A DNA stretch of 64,000 nt from the human T2T-CHM13v2.0 reference genome, Homo sapiens: assembly GCA_009914755.4 (NCBI GenBank), contig CP068257.2:33120001-33184000 (forward strand). Direction: 5' to 3'. The position numbers were made by a program, and so were the translations under genes. Shown one piece after another: positions 28,851 to 43,559 of this stretch. The notes beneath the pieces were generated by a model that saw only the letters and a list, made by a program, of their open reading frames with translations, was not told where the DNA came from and searched no databases. Positions within the stretch are counted from its first letter, which is position 1. The number at the start of each line of letters is the position of its first letter.

Positions 28851-30757
28851 ATACACATATATACCCATACATATTGGTGACTGTCTGAAGGATGGAGAGG
28901 CTGCCATGTATGGGTATATATGTGTATATATGTGTGTCTATATATAGACATATATTGTTTTATATGTCTATAAATATTTTAAAGAGGTTATTTCAAAGAT
29001 CATTTAAATAAGATAATCCATGCCAAGTGCTTCATAAAGAGCCAAGCACAGGGTTAGCACTTAATAGGCTTGTCCTTTATGAGGATTGCCAGCAGCCACC
29101 ATTACTGTTACTGCTGTTGTCACTTAGCAGGAGTATGGCTAAATGCAGCCCTGCTCTTGCACCAGAGAAGTTCTGTTGTCTCTTTTCTGGGGGTGCATGT
29201 CACCCTTACCAAAAATGTGTGTGGCCCCTTTAATAAAATCATCTACTGGAAGTAGAAGCCACCAGGTAGACTTGAGTCTTGGGGAAACACAAAACAAAAC
29301 TGAGTCCCTCTAAATATCCCTTATAGATCCATGCATGGAGGGCCTCTATCTGGATCCTTCTCAATGCAGGGAATGGAGTCTCAATTCCTTACCTCAAATG
29401 CCCCTGTGACCCTGGGCTGCCCCAGTCCATGGCTGGGTTGACTTCAGTGGCTTTTGTGCCCCAGCCTCATTCCCAACAGCAGGATGCCAAAATATGATCC
29501 TGGATGCACTCTGGAAACATTTACCACTTGCCAAAGGGAAAGGACGGATTCTGGCCTGTGTCTGACTAATTAATGACCTTGAATGAGCCAGTTCACCCAT
29601 AGGTGCCTCTGCTGCATTAGATAAATTCAAGTGCCCCTCTATGCCTTATTCTATGATTATTTGAAGAGCTTTTGGGTTGACCTCCATGGGGCAGATGACT
29701 CACCTCCTAAATGAAGTTAGTGGCTGGGAGGAAGGGGTAAAACCGCCATAACTGAGCACAAGTTACTTTCAGGCACTCTGCGGGGCATTTTTTTCCTCCA
29801 TGTCATCTGATTTACCCCTCATAATAACCCTATGAAAGGTATGTTATTAGTCCCATTTTGTGCATTGGGAAAGTGAGGTTTAGAACAATGAAGTACCATA
29901 TCCAAATTCATGGCAAGGTGTGGATTTTTTTTTTTTTTTTTGCCAACATTTGGTCTTACTGCAGTCTGTGTTCTATCCATCACCCTACGCTGGATAATCT
30001 GGCTCTAAAAATCAGTGGGGGAAAATGGAGTCTATATAGCCATGTTCATGAATTTAACTGAAGTAGTTTAAATGAACTTTGCTAAATTGTAGTCCAAGGC
30101 AAATATATGGTCGATAGTTCAATAATTCTGGGTTTTTAAAATTTTTGGATGACTTGGTATTATGATAGTAGCTATGTAATCTTGAAAAAAATCACTGCAC
30201 TTACTAGTATTTCCATTTCCTCATATGTACAATGGAAACATGTACACCCTATGCTACCTCTGATGACTAAAGTGAAGAGTGAACAAGTAATGTACAAATG
30301 CACTTTTTGGATTGTAAATGCTATGCAACTTTGATTTAGTATATAACTTGGATTGTTAGATCTGGAATATCTAAACAACTACTTTTAGTTCCAATGTGTA
30401 AATCCATTTATAGAGGTTTTTGCATGAAAATATACAGAGAGACAGAAAAATACATAAATCATAACTAATGATGTAGCTTGATGGGTTATTCCAAAATGAA
30501 CACACTCCTGAGAACCTAACACCCATATGAGGGATAGAGTATTATCCAGACCCTAGAAGTTCTCTTAAGCCTCCTCCTAACCACTACCTGCTGCATCCTT
30601 TGTAGAGGTGATCACTATCCTGACCTCTACAACATAGATTAGTTTTGCCTATTTCTGAACTTTATATAAACAGAATCATACAGTATGTATTATTTTATGT
30701 TTTGCTTCTTAAACACGAAGGTAACAGTTGTGTTTTAAAAAAGAATGTTTGTGAGAT

Positions 30758-30998
30758 AGCCGGGTGCAGTGGCTCACGCCTGTAATCCCAGCACTTTGGG
30801 TGGCTAAGTTGGGCAGATCACTTGAGGTCAGGAGTTCGAGACCAGTCTGGCCAACACGGCGAAACCCCATCTCTACTAAAAATATGAAACTTAGCCAGGC
30901 GTAGTGGTGCACACCCATAGTCCCAGCTACTCGGTAGGCTGAGGCAGGAGAATTGCTTGAACCCGGGAAGTGGAGGTTCCAGTGAGCCGAGATGGCAC
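30758..30998 (+). mobile_element. Alu, 3'-truncated, with a likely imperfect target-site duplication.
   Basis: agccgggtgcagtggctcacgcctgtaatcccagcactttgggtggctaagttgggcagatcacttgaggtcaggagttcgagacc... The flanks aaaagaatgtttgtgagatag and aaaagaatgcttctgagatag are similar. Confidence 0.85.
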
Positions 30999-31044
30999 CA
31001 CATACACACAAAAAGAATGCTTCTGAGATAGATCTTGCTGTTGC

Positions 31045-31130
31045 AGCAGTTTATTCTTAATAATTTTATTAACTTTAATTTTATTAATAAATTTATTAAT
31101 TTTGTTAATAAGTTTATTAATTTTCAGGAC
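31045..31130. repeat. Tandem AT-rich repeat (TTTATTAAT(A)n-type).
   Basis: The tract reads ttattaactttaattttattaataaatttattaattttgttaataagtttattaatttt. Confidence 0.75.
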
Positions 31131-31722
31131 TATATAGTATCTTATTGCATAAATACACCATGATTTATGCTAGTCTATTATATTAATTGATTATTAAATG
31201 GCAAACCACTTTGAATTTCTGGAACAAACTCAACTTGGTCTGATATATTATTCTTTTGTAGATTGCAGAGTTCAGCTTGATAATACTCTGTTTAGGCTTT
31301 TTGCTGATGTGCTTATGGGAGAGATTGTTCTGTACTTTTTCCCTTCTTCTTTTGCAATGTTTGTTTTAGGTTTTGGTATTAATGTTATTTTGACTTCATA
31401 AAATGAAATGAAATGTTATTTCTTCTAAACTCTGAAGAAATTTATGTAAAATTGGTGTTATTAATTCCTTAAGTGTTTGAGAGAATTCAGCAAAGAAATA
31501 TCAGGGCTTGAAGTTTTCTTTACGGGGAGGTTTTAAATCATGGAACTAATTATTTTAATAATTAGTTATTAAATTATTATTTAATCTATTTAGAGAGTTT
31601 TTATTCTTCTGTCAGTTTGATATGTTGTGTTTTTCCGTGAATTTGTTCATTTTATCTAAATTTTCAATTAATTGGCATAGGGTTGCTTATAATATCTTAC
31701 ATCTATTTAATGTCTGTAGTGA

Positions 31723-32223
<501 letters not shown>

Positions 32224-32624
32224 CTTTTATCTACTTTCTTTGAGCTACAAATTTCCCTCCAGGCACTGCTTTAGCTACATTTTACAGTTTTGATGTATTT
32301 TCTAATTTATATTTATCAATATATAGCATATATAATTTATATTTATTGACTTGTATATCTCTATATAAATCTGTAATATATAATTTATATTACATATATT
32401 TATATCTAATATATGTATTTCTTTAAAGATTTCTGCATAAACCCATGATTTATTTATAAGTGTAGTGCCTAATTTCAAAATGTTTGGAAATGTTCTAATT
32501 CCCTTTTAGTTATTGATTTCCAATCCAACCCCACTGAGGTTAGAGAACATACCCAGTATGACTTTAATCTTTTGAAATTTGTTGGGACTTGCTTTGTAAA
32601 CCCGCATAGGGTCAATTTGTGGTA

Positions 32625-32897
32625 AATGTTCCATGCCATTTACTCTACAGTTGTTAGGTATAGTGCTGTATAGGTGTCAATTAGGTCAAGTTTATTATTT
32701 GCATATTAAAATACTCCATCTCCTTACTGTGATTGTGGATCTATTATTTATTTTTCCTTAAATGTTCCATGCCTTTTACTCTACAGTTGTTGGATATAGT
32801 GCTGTATAGGTATCAAATAGGTTAAGTTTATTATTTGCGTATTAAAATACTCCATCTCCTTACTGTGATTGTGGATCTTTTATTTATTTTTCCTTAT
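32625..32897. repeat. Direct tandem duplication of a ~136-bp unit, two copies (32625-32760 and 32761-32897), about 90% identical.
   Basis: aatgttccatgccatttactctacagttgttaggtatagtgctgtataggtgtcaattaggtcaagtttattatttgcatattaaaatactccatctccttactgtgattgtggatc is repeated immediately. Confidence 0.85.
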
Positions 32898-33397
32898 TGT
32901 TCTGATAAATTTGTTTTCTATATTTTGGGTCTGTGTTGTTAATGGCATATCAGTTTAGGATTATTATATTTTCTGTGTACATTCACCCTTTTATAACAAA
33001 ATGTCATTATCATTATAAAATGTCCCTCTGTATCCAGTTATGCTTCTTGCCTTCAGGACTATTTTAGTATTGATGTGGCTACACACACTTTCTTTTGGTT
33101 AGTGTTTGCATGGTGTATATCTACTTCCATCCTTTTATTTTAAATCTTTATCATATTTAAGATTTGAGAAAGATCTTGAGAAAGGCAGTGTGTATTAGCT
33201 ATGTACTCATTTGTAACCAGTTACCCCAAAGCTTAACACCTAAAAACAACAAAACATTTAATATTCCACAGATTCTGGGAGTAAGGAATTCAGAAACAGC
33301 TAAGCGAGGTGGCTCTAATCCAGAGCCTCTCATGAGCTTGCCATCAAAGTGTCAGCCAGCGCCGTGGTCATATGAAGGCTTTACTGGGGTTGAATTC

Positions 33398-34481
33398 CAG
33401 TAATGCTCGCTTAACCATGGTTTTGCTTTCTGAGGTTTCAGTCACCCACAGTCAACTATAGGCTGAAAATATTAAATGGAAAATTGCAGAAATCAACAAT
33501 TCATAAGCCTTAAATTATTTATTCAAAGTAATTATTTATTCCATTACTCTGTTAAATGTATACTCATATTTAAGTTGTGCTTATTAGCAGCATATTTTTT
33601 ATCATGTCTCCTAGTCTTTGTCATTGTACCAAAACATTTAATCTTTGTATTTAATATAGTTTCTGAGATATGTGGTTTGAAATCTACCCTTTTGTCTTTG
33701 ATTTTCTATTTGTTTCATTTTCTGTAATTCTTTTTCTCTCATTTTATTGCAGTATTAAACCATGTCCACAGATTCTCTGATAAGAAGTGGAACTTAATCT
33801 CTTTTTCCTTGAGTGTGGCCTAGACTTAGGGAGTCATTTCTATCAAATAGAATAAGGCAGAAATGACAGTCAGTGATTTTTAAAGACTAGATTAAAAAAG
33901 GCATGTACCTGCTTTATAAATTTTATAATTAATTTATATATTAATTGAGATTAACAATATTTAATAAAATAGAACTATTATAACAATATACTGTAATAAA
34001 AGTTATGTAAATGTGGTTCTCTCTCTCAAAATATCTTATTGTACTATAGATCTTAGCAACCTCGGCATATGATTTTTTTCTTTCCTTAGTAAGCTGAGAA
34101 CTTTCACCTTTTCACTTAAAGAAAGCACTTTCTGGCCTCTTTTTGGCTTATCTGAATTGCCAGCAGCACTACTTTTGTGCTTTGGTGCCATTATTAAGTA
34201 AAATAAGGGTGACTGGGACACAAGCACTGTGATACCGCAACAGATAACCTGGTAACTGAGATGACTGACTACTAAGTGATGAAAGGAAGGGTATACAGCA
34301 CGGATACACTGAACAAAGGGATGATTCACGTCCCAGTTGGCATGAGATTTCATCACCCTATTCAGAACGGTGTGCAATCTAAGGCTTCTGAGTTGTTTAT
34401 TTCTGCAATTTTACATTTAACGTTTTCAGACCATAGTTAACTGTGGGTGACTGAAATCTCAGAAAGCAAAACCATGGTTAA
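33398..34481 (-). mobile_element. Internally deleted Tigger/pogo-family DNA transposon of about 1.08 kb, with ~105-bp terminal inverted repeats and a transposase N-terminal remnant.
   Basis: The left end reads CAGTAATGCTCGCTTAACCATGGTTTTGCTTTCTGAGGTTTCAGTCACCCACAGTCAACTATAGGCTGAAAATATTAAATGGAAAATTGCAGAAATCAACAATTCATAAGCCTT. The right end (34376-34481) is its near-perfect reverse complement. The internal ORF has a CENP-B/pogo-like helix-turn-helix start. Confidence 0.8.
34036..34377 (-). pseudogene. Pogo/Tigger transposase N-terminal remnant (MAPKHKSSAAGNSDKPKRGQKVLSLSEKVKVLSLLRKEK...), truncated and non-functional.
   Basis: It resembles the conserved Tigger transposase N-termini (MAxKRKS..SD.PKR.RKVL.LSEKVKVLDLIRKEK). 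It lies inside the TIR-bounded element and only about 40 residues of similarity remain before the frame degenerates. Confidence 0.7.
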
Positions 34482-35259
34482 TGGGTGGGGGTCGGGGGGC
34501 AGTTACTGTATTTCTACCCCAGGCAAGACTTCATGTGACTGAAGCCCTGGCTAACACCTTGACAGCAAGCTCATGAAAGACTCTGAGAGCCATCTAGCTT
34601 AGCTTTTTCCTAAATTCCTTACTCCTAGAATCTGTGAAACATTCAATGTTTTGTTGTTTTAAGTGTTAAGTTTTGGGACAACTTGTTACAAATCAGTAGA
34701 CAGCTAATACATATTTATTGCCTTATTTGGAATAATTTTTTATTCCTTTGCTCTGCTAAATGTTTGTTGATTATACCTTCTTTTAGTGGTTACTCTAAAT
34801 TACAACACGCATCTTTGACGTTAAAATCTAATGTAAATTAATACCTTTTAAATCACTCATGGACAAGGCAAAGTCCATAGGATACTTTGTTTTTTCCTGC
34901 CTGTAGGGTTACTTTTATCACATATTTTAATTCTCTGTCTATTTTTAAGCCTCACAAGATATTTTTAGTGTTTCATACTGTTGTATTTTACCATCTCCAT
35001 TGCTCCTCATTCCTTCTTGCAGTGTACATTTCCATAGGAAATCATTTTGCTTCTTCTCAAAGAATTCTTTTTATAATTTTTCTGTATTGCAATACTCTGG
35101 TGACAAATTTTCTGTTTTTGTTGATCTGAAACTGTCTTTATTCTGTCTTTATTTTAAAATATATTTTCACTGAGTAAAGAGTTCTGTTTGCAGTTATTTT
35201 CTTTTAGCACTTTGAAGATGCCACTCCATTACTTTCTGACTTCTACTTTTTCTGTTTAG

Positions 35260-35671
<412 letters not shown>

Positions 35672-35919
35672 ATGTTTTTGGTTTTCAATGCAGTTTTACT
35701 ATGATGTACTTAGATGTAGTTTTCTTAGTACAGTCATGCATCATATAACCATGTTTCAGTCAATGACAGACCACTTACACATCAGAGGTCCTATAAGATT
35801 GTAATGGAGCATAAATAGAAACCTGATGTACGGCACTTGATGTTGGCATTACAAATCAAATAGGGGAAATGATTGATATTCAGTATTGGTGCTGAGACAT
35901 TTGGTTTTTCATATGAAGC

Positions 35920-35930
<11 letters not shown>

Positions 35931-35955
<25 letters not shown>

Positions 35956-35956
35956 A
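35931..35956. repeat. (TA)4(TG)11 microsatellite.
   Basis: tatatatatgtgtgtgtgtgtgtgtgtgtg. Confidence 0.9.
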
Positions 35957-37069
35957 ACTAAAAATATGTATACATCCAGTTTTATGTAAGTACACACTAA
36001 CACACTATGAGGTTCACACAATGACAAAATTGCCTAATGATATATTTCTCAGAACCTATCCTGTCATTAAGTGACACATGACTGTATTTATCCTGCTTGG
36101 TGTTTTTAGCACTTTTTAAACTGTGGCTTGTTACCTTTCAGTAGTTGTGGAAACTTCTTGGCTATCGTCTCTTTGAACACTGTTCCTACCTATTCTCATT
36201 CTCCTCTCCTGGAATTTTGAATACATACATAGTGGACCTTTCATCATGTAACCTTACATCTCTTATGTTTCTTTTTGTATGTTTCTGTATGTACCATTTA
36301 TAAACAAAACAAAACTATTTCAATCTGGTTATTTCCTCTGACTGATCTTCCAGTTCATTAATTCCTTTTTCAGCTTTCTGTCACTTACTATTATATTCAT
36401 TCATTAATTTCTTAATTTCAGTTCAAGCATTTTTCAGTTGTAGAATGTCCACTTTCTTCTTTTTACAGGTTCAAGTTCTCTGCTGAGGGTTTCCACATAG
36501 CCATCTAATTTCTTGGATTTATTAATCACATATATTTTAAACTAAATATCTGATAAATCCTGTGAGGCTGTTCCTTTCTCTGTTGATTTCTCTCAGTTTT
36601 CTGTTATGTGTTCATGTCTCCTGGTGTATGAAGTAATTTGCAATTAAACACAAAGCATTTTGTATAAAAATTGTTGAGACAATTTGCAGCTCTGTATGTT
36701 TTGAAGTCAGTTGGTTTGGAATGACTTGCCTATGCAGATATTGGGGTGATTAGAGTCTGAGTTTCAGTACCTGTGAGGCTGTTCTCCCAAGTATAGCTCT
36801 CTGAGCACCCCAGTGGAAAGCCTGTGCTCTTTACCAGCACCTCTTTTCTTTGGAGAGTCCTTCACTCCAATTTTGTTCCTGCTCCCTGCAAGACATGCAG
36901 AAGTTTCTTAGCTTCTCAGCATCTTTCTGAGAAACATAAAATGCCTTGAGGAGAAAAATAAAGTAATGGACATATGTCAGACTTATCTCACTTCTCACTT
37001 CTTTTTAACTTTCCTTTTTTCCCCAAGATATTGGCTCCTCAAGTCCTTGCTACTTTGGTTTGATGTCTC

Positions 37070-37072
<3 letters not shown>

Positions 37073-37112
<40 letters not shown>

Positions 37113-37117
37113 AGAGA
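37073..37117. repeat. (CA)18(GA)4 microsatellite.
   Basis: acacacacac...acagagagag. Confidence 0.9.
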
Positions 37118-39120
37118 AGTGATTTAAAATTGTTAATTTTTCTCTGTGTGAGTGTTAATTTGTAACACACTATTCCACCACCATCGATGGAGGTAGTAAT
37201 CTTTCAAAACCTACTTTCCACAAACCAAATAAATAACTCCACCTAACTTTAGGGCAGGCAACCTGGTATGCTTCTGAGAACCAGTTCTGTGAACACACAG
37301 ATCATGCTTATGATTTCAGCCAGTGCATCAATTTAAACTAAAAGTTTAAGATGTTTATTTTTCCTCATTTTATTATTTCTCTTATTTGTTCTATAGTCAT
37401 CTTAATCTGTGTAAGAAATACTGAAGCTGTCCAAAAGTTCAAATTTGAACCCAATGCTGAATTTAAAGGTGTTGCCCCAAAAAACATTAGGTAAACATGC
37501 AAGGATCGTCACTGTTAACCTGTTACGCAATATGACCTGGTCCCCAGGCTACATAATTTTAGAGTCATTCTTTACATTTCAAGCTCTGCAAGCACTTGGA
37601 GAAGTGGTGTTCTGTGGACTCTTACTTCTTCCTGACTTTTTGATGTTCTCTTTTGTCAATGTGACCAACCAATTTTGAATCAGAGCTACTGGCATCTTTA
37701 GAATGACATGTATGGTGGCTCAGAACTGTACCCTTTAAAACTCAGCTCCAGTAAAGGGAGATTCTGAGCATTTTAAGATGTTGGAAATTGAGTTGCATCC
37801 TGCATTAAAGGCATTTCTTCTTTATATAAACTGTAGGATTCTGTTAAGACAGAAATGGGGAGAGCTAATGGGCTATTCTGAAAGAACTACCCATTAAATG
37901 GTAAAGTACGGTATGTTTTAAAGTGACAAACCCAAGAGCTGAAAATGACTCTTTGATCTTTAAAAGGCTCATAAACGGTGGCAGCGTACTCACAGACCTA
38001 TATTTATGTATTCAAATATTGGGAGGAAATCCAAGTAGAGTCTCAAGACTGCGGGACTTTGCAATTTAGACAAAAAGAGGCCAGGGAGGAGGGCAATTAA
38101 ATCAAACTTTTTACAGCATAAAGCAAGCTTTCTTCCCTCCTTGTTAATCAATGAACTAGAATCTTGGTAAGGGCTTGCTTTTTAAGTGGGGTTTGAGCCA
38201 ATCTTTACACAGATGTGAGGTATTTGTGAAGAAAGAAAGAGACAATTGAAACCACAACCAATAGTGTTTTGTTTTTGAATTAAATCTGTGGTTGGTGCCA
38301 TTCTGTTTTACTTTGATGAAGGGTCTCTAACCATCTCCTACTCCTCAGTGCCCACAAACATATATCCCCGTTGCCTGGTATTGAAACCATTAGCCACATC
38401 CGGAAGGGCTAATCTATGGACAACATGCCTATAGCCTCTGTTTCATGGAACAACCCGAGAGGGCTCATAAACAACTGCAGGGACATTGTAAGGGCTTTGA
38501 GGATGGCGGTTGTTAAGAAACATTCAAAGAAAGTCAGATCACCATGTGACTTACACTGATGAATACTTTCAGCCTCAACGGCACGTTGGCGTTTTCCTCT
38601 GACCCAAATGATGCAACAGAAATAAATTCTACCTTGCATACAAGAACCACAGGCACTGGAATGTGGAATCCGAAGCTTTTCTACCTGGTTCCCCTGGTGA
38701 CCACAGGTATTTAATGGTCACATTACAGATTAGTTTATGGGATTCCAAGAGGACTATGGACCAGAGCAAACTCAGTTGATCCAAAATTGAGTTTTGATCA
38801 TGTTAGCAGTCTACTTCAACCAAATTTTGTGGATAATGACAAAATAAATATGCATTCTTTAACCACCTAAGCTAATAAACAGAACAACTGAATCCCAGAA
38901 TTCCCCCGTCACTCCCCCTCTGCTACCAAATGTAAACTAGGATCCTAAATTTTGTGTTAATCATTTCCCTAGATTTTTAAAAGTATCTAGATATGCTTGC
39001 ATAAAAAATACATCATTTAGTTTTGTTTGCTTTTGAAGTTTATATAAATGGAATCATACTCTGTGTGCTCTTCTGATTTTTTCACCATAACTTATCTTGC
39101 CGTATGTAATGGTAGTCCAT

Positions 39121-39428
<308 letters not shown>

Positions 39429-40199
39429 CATTCCTGTTTATCTCTATATACTATTCCACTGCAAGAACGTAACACAACTTATTATCTATTCTTCTGTTGT
39501 GGACATTTGGGTTGTTTCCACTTTTTGCTAGTACAAGTGCTGCTGTAAGCATTTGCATACATCTTCGGGTACACATGAAAGGAGTTTGTGAAGTATTTTT
39601 CTAGCAGTGGAAAACACTACCAGAAATAGTCTTAGGGATATACTAGGACTTATTATAAGTGTGTGTTCAGTTTTTTAGGAGTAATGTCAGATTATTTTTC
39701 CAATTGGTAATATCTATTTATACTCCCACCTGCAAAGTGTGAGAGTTGTCATTGTTCTTTATCCTCTCTGACATTTTCTATTGTCTTCTTTTTTATTTTT
39801 CCCTTTTATATCAGTAGCTAAATGAGATGGGTATCTAAAAATCTGTATCTTACATGTGTGGAAGCTGAGACTTGGAGATTTCAAGTCATTTGACTACGTT
39901 TATAGAGCATAGGTTCTGGAAATGCGACATGTGTCAAGGAGCATGTCACCCAAAACCAATTCATAGAAAACCTGCCTAATGATTGATCACCTAATGGCTA
40001 ATTCTCTTAAAATTCACCTCTTTGAAAGTTTCACATCTGTAAGCTCTTCATGTAAAACTAAACACAAGGTAACATAATTGATTAAAACTAACTAAAAAAA
40101 TATTAACTAAATTTTGAGAAAAGTATCTTTAGAAAATCTGGCTTAAAAGTCTCTCATTTATTCACAAGGAAAAATGACACTTGCTATTTTCTAAATGTG

Positions 40200-40545
40200 T
40201 GCATACCCTCTACACTCATATACTGAAATCCTAACCTCCAAAGTGAGTATCAGGAGGTGGGGCATTTGGGAGGTGATTAGGTCATGAAAGTGGAGGCCTC
40301 ATGAATGGGGTTAGTACCCTTACAAACGAGGCCCAAGGGAACTCTTTCACCCTTTGCACCATGCAAAGACAAAGCAAGAAGTCAGCTGTTTATAACTCAG
40401 ACAGCGTCCTCACCAGAACCCAACCATGTTGCCAGTCTGATCTTGAACTTCCCAACCTCCAGAACTGAGAGAAAAAATTCCTATCATTTATAAGCCACTC
40501 AGTCTATGATATTTTGTTATAACAGCCCCAATGGACTAAGACAAC
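40200..40545 (-). mobile_element. Dispersed ~390-bp LTR-like repeat, probably MaLR/MLT-related (exact family name uncertain).
   Basis: The minus strand reads tgtcttagtccattggggctgttataacaaaatatcatagactgagtggcttataaatgataggaatttttt ctctcagttctggaggttgggaagttcaagatcag..., which I recognise as a common human interspersed repeat. The same family recurs at 43560-43945. Confidence 0.55.
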
Positions 40546-42104
40546 ACCAAAATGTTTTTAAAAAATTCATTATTTACAAAACACTGCAAATTTGATGACT
40601 GCTTATCAAAGATTTAAAAAAGAGAGATGGCCTTAGATATATTGAATATTTAAAAAAGCAAGATGGCAAATAAAAATGGCACATGGAAATACTGCAAAAA
40701 CCTCTAAAGTTGGATGGAATTTTAAGGGCATTTGTCAGGCACATGGATCACAGTCGAAGTGGTTTCTAACAAATCCACCTAGACATTTTAGGTTTGTTGG
40801 AAACTTGGGGCAGAGTTGCCGATGAACTAGCAGGGGAAGCACCTTATGGTAGATGCTAGTGCTACCCTCACACCTCCCCTCGCTGCCTCATTATTTTGTA
40901 GTCGTTGAACACCCTGAAGGGCTCTTAAGAATCTGGAAGAAATCAGAATCTGAAAGAAGATAAAGCACTTTTACCCCTGGTCAGTGCTTCTGCCAAAGTT
41001 GACTCATAGAAACCATTTACGTGTATGTCAGTTATAATTCGGTTTGTTTGCAGTGACAGAGAACCCCACATTTGAATGCTTTATGTGAGAGATAGATGTT
41101 TAATTTCTTTCATGGTAGATGAATCCAGACACAAGCAATCCAGGGTTGGGATGGGGCCTCCACAAAGACACTCGGCCAAGCTCCTCCTAACACCATCCAC
41201 CCTTCTAGGGATGTGGTGCTCTTTCTCTAATCATCACCTCTTCATTTCAGGCAGTAGGGCTGGGGCAGAAATGGAGAATGGGCAAAGCATGTAAACTTTA
41301 AAGAAAGTTTTCTGGAAACTGCCATACCCACCTTTATTTAGATAACATTGGCCAGAAATTTGTCATATGGGACACCAAGCTGTGAGGAGGCTGGGTGGTG
41401 TGGTCTTTCTTCCAGGCCGTCATGTCCCCAAGGGAATCTATGACTAAGGAAAACCGATATTGGGGTAGGCAACTAGAAATTTTTACCTCTCTAAAGTTCT
41501 TTAATGGAAGAAAGGTACAAGTATTTCAGCTATATAAATCCTATTGCTTTTGTAGGTTTTAACATGCAAGGAATTCTGTTTGACAATCAAACTCAAGGCA
41601 CGCACAGGCTTAGTGAACTCCCTCCATTCTTCACTGCCAGGTGATGTAGGGAGAAGGTGGAGCCAACACTCAGCCCACTGCCCATCAGCAGTAAGGCCAA
41701 AGGAAGAGGAAATTCCTCACCTATTAACATGGACAATGAGACCATGGGGAGGACAGTTCAAGGGTCTTCTGGCTTTGCAAAGGGTCAGATCTGGATCACC
41801 GAATACATGTTGGAAGATGGAATACTGCTTTCCTGTTAAGTCCATGTATATGGCTCTCATGCACCATTCCTGACAAGGGCAGACCAGTTTTTCTTCAGCT
41901 ACCACAGTTTCCACCTGAGTGGATTCTTCATAGTTGTACTGGAAGAAATCTTGAAGAGCATTGAGTTCAGGGTTCCCTTCTGCCCCACTATCAGACTGGG
42001 GTTCCTAGATAAACTTGCCCCTCTCCAAATTTTCATCTCAGAGAATGGCCATTTCATGCTTCTAGTTGTTTAGGCCCCAAACCGTATTTTTCTAATGCAC
42101 CATA

Positions 42105-42457
42105 TGATATGGTTTGGATTTGTGTCCCTGCCCAAATCTTATGTCATATCATAATCACCAGTGTTGGAGGAGGGGCCTGGTAGAAGGTGACTTGGATCAT
42201 GGGGGCGGACGTCCCCCTTGCTGTTCTCGTGATAGCGAGTTCTCATGAGATCTGTTTTTTTTTTGTTGTTGTTGTTTGTTTTGTTTTGTTTTGTTTTGAG
42301 ACAAGGTCTCACTCTGTCATCCAGGCTGAAGTGCAGTGTGGTGTGATAGCTCATTGCAACCTCAACCTCCTTGGCTCAAGTGATCCTCCCACCTCAGCCT
42401 CCCAAGTAGCTGGGACCGCAGGCATCTGCCACCATGCCTGGCTAACTTATTTTTGCA

Positions 42458-42491
<34 letters not shown>

Positions 42492-42762
42492 TAGAGATGA
42501 GTTTTGCCATGTTGCCAGACTGAGATCTGGTTGTTTAAAAGTGTGTAGCACCTCCTCCTTTTCCCCTTCCCCCTCCTCCCAGCATGTAAGACGTGCCTAC
42601 TTCCTCTTCACCTTCCAGCACAACTGTAAGTTTTCTGAGGTCTCCCTAGCCATGCTTCCTGTGTAGCCTGCAGAACTGTGAGTCAATTAAACCTCTTTTC
42701 TTTATAAATTACCCAGGCTTAGGTAGTTCTTTACAGCAATGTGAGAATGAACTAATACACCA
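42105..42762 (+). mobile_element. THE1/MST-family MaLR LTR interrupted by an Alu at 42255-42527.
   Basis: atgatatggtttggatttgtgtccctgcccaaatcttatgtcatatcataatcaccagtgttggaggaggggcctggtagaaggtgacttggatcatggggg...[Alu]...cagcatgtaagacgtgcc...gtgagtcaattaaacctcttttctttataaattacccaggcttaggtagttctttacagcaatgtgagaatgaactaatacac. Confidence 0.85.
42255..42527 (-). mobile_element. Alu inserted inside a MaLR LTR. Its internal A-linker is expanded to about (T)40 on the plus strand, and the distal end is truncated.
   Basis: tgttttgttttgttttgagacaaggtctcactctgtcatccaggctgaagtgcagtgtggtgtgatagctcattgcaacctcaacc...gcctggctaacttatttttgcatc(T)40 gtagagatgagttttgccatgttgccagactg. The flanking gagatctg is duplicated as a TSD. 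Confidence 0.85.
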
Positions 42763-43559
42763 TATCTAATCCAACAGCACATCCTGTTGGATCTACTTTC
42801 AGAATAGATTCAGAATCCAACAACTTCTTACCTCTGCCACTGCAATAATCTCCTACATGGAGGTCCCAGTGGGTGAATGGGAACTGAAACCCAACCCTGC
42901 TCCACTGGCTGAGCTGTGTACCTTTCTCCAAGGCTGCACCCACCTGGAAGAAGGGGCACCCTTTTCTATATATACCAAGATGCCCTCTACAGGCATCTAG
43001 CAACTTCCCAGTAGTTCGTGTTACCTCTCTGCTCAAAACCCTCTCACTCAGAAGAAACGCCAAAATCTCACAATGGCAGCACTATGGAACTTGGCCCAGG
43101 TACCTCTGTGATGCCATGTCCTTCAGCCACACTGGCCTCCGGCGAGCTCCGCCTTTACACTCACTATTCCTTTTACCTAAATTGGCTAACTTTCCCACAT
43201 CCTTCCAGTTTCTTCACAGGGGGCCCTTCCCTGGATTGTAGCACCCCAACCCTGGTGTGTCCATCTCTTTGGCCCTCCATAGCCACATCCTCATCTACTG
43301 TGCCTAAAATTGTGTCCCCTAAAAGTTATATTCAAGACTTAACGCCTAAGACCTGTGGATGTGACCTTGTTTGGAAATAAGGTGTTTCCAGATAGAATCA
43401 AGATGAGGTCATACAATCAAGATGAATCAAGATGGATTCAGGTGGGCCTAATCCAAGGACTGGCATCCTGGTAAGAACAGAGAAATTTGGACATAGAGAC
43501 CCCCAGGGGAGAAGGTCTTGAGGAAGGAGGCGGCAATGGGAGTGATGCATCGAGGCAAG

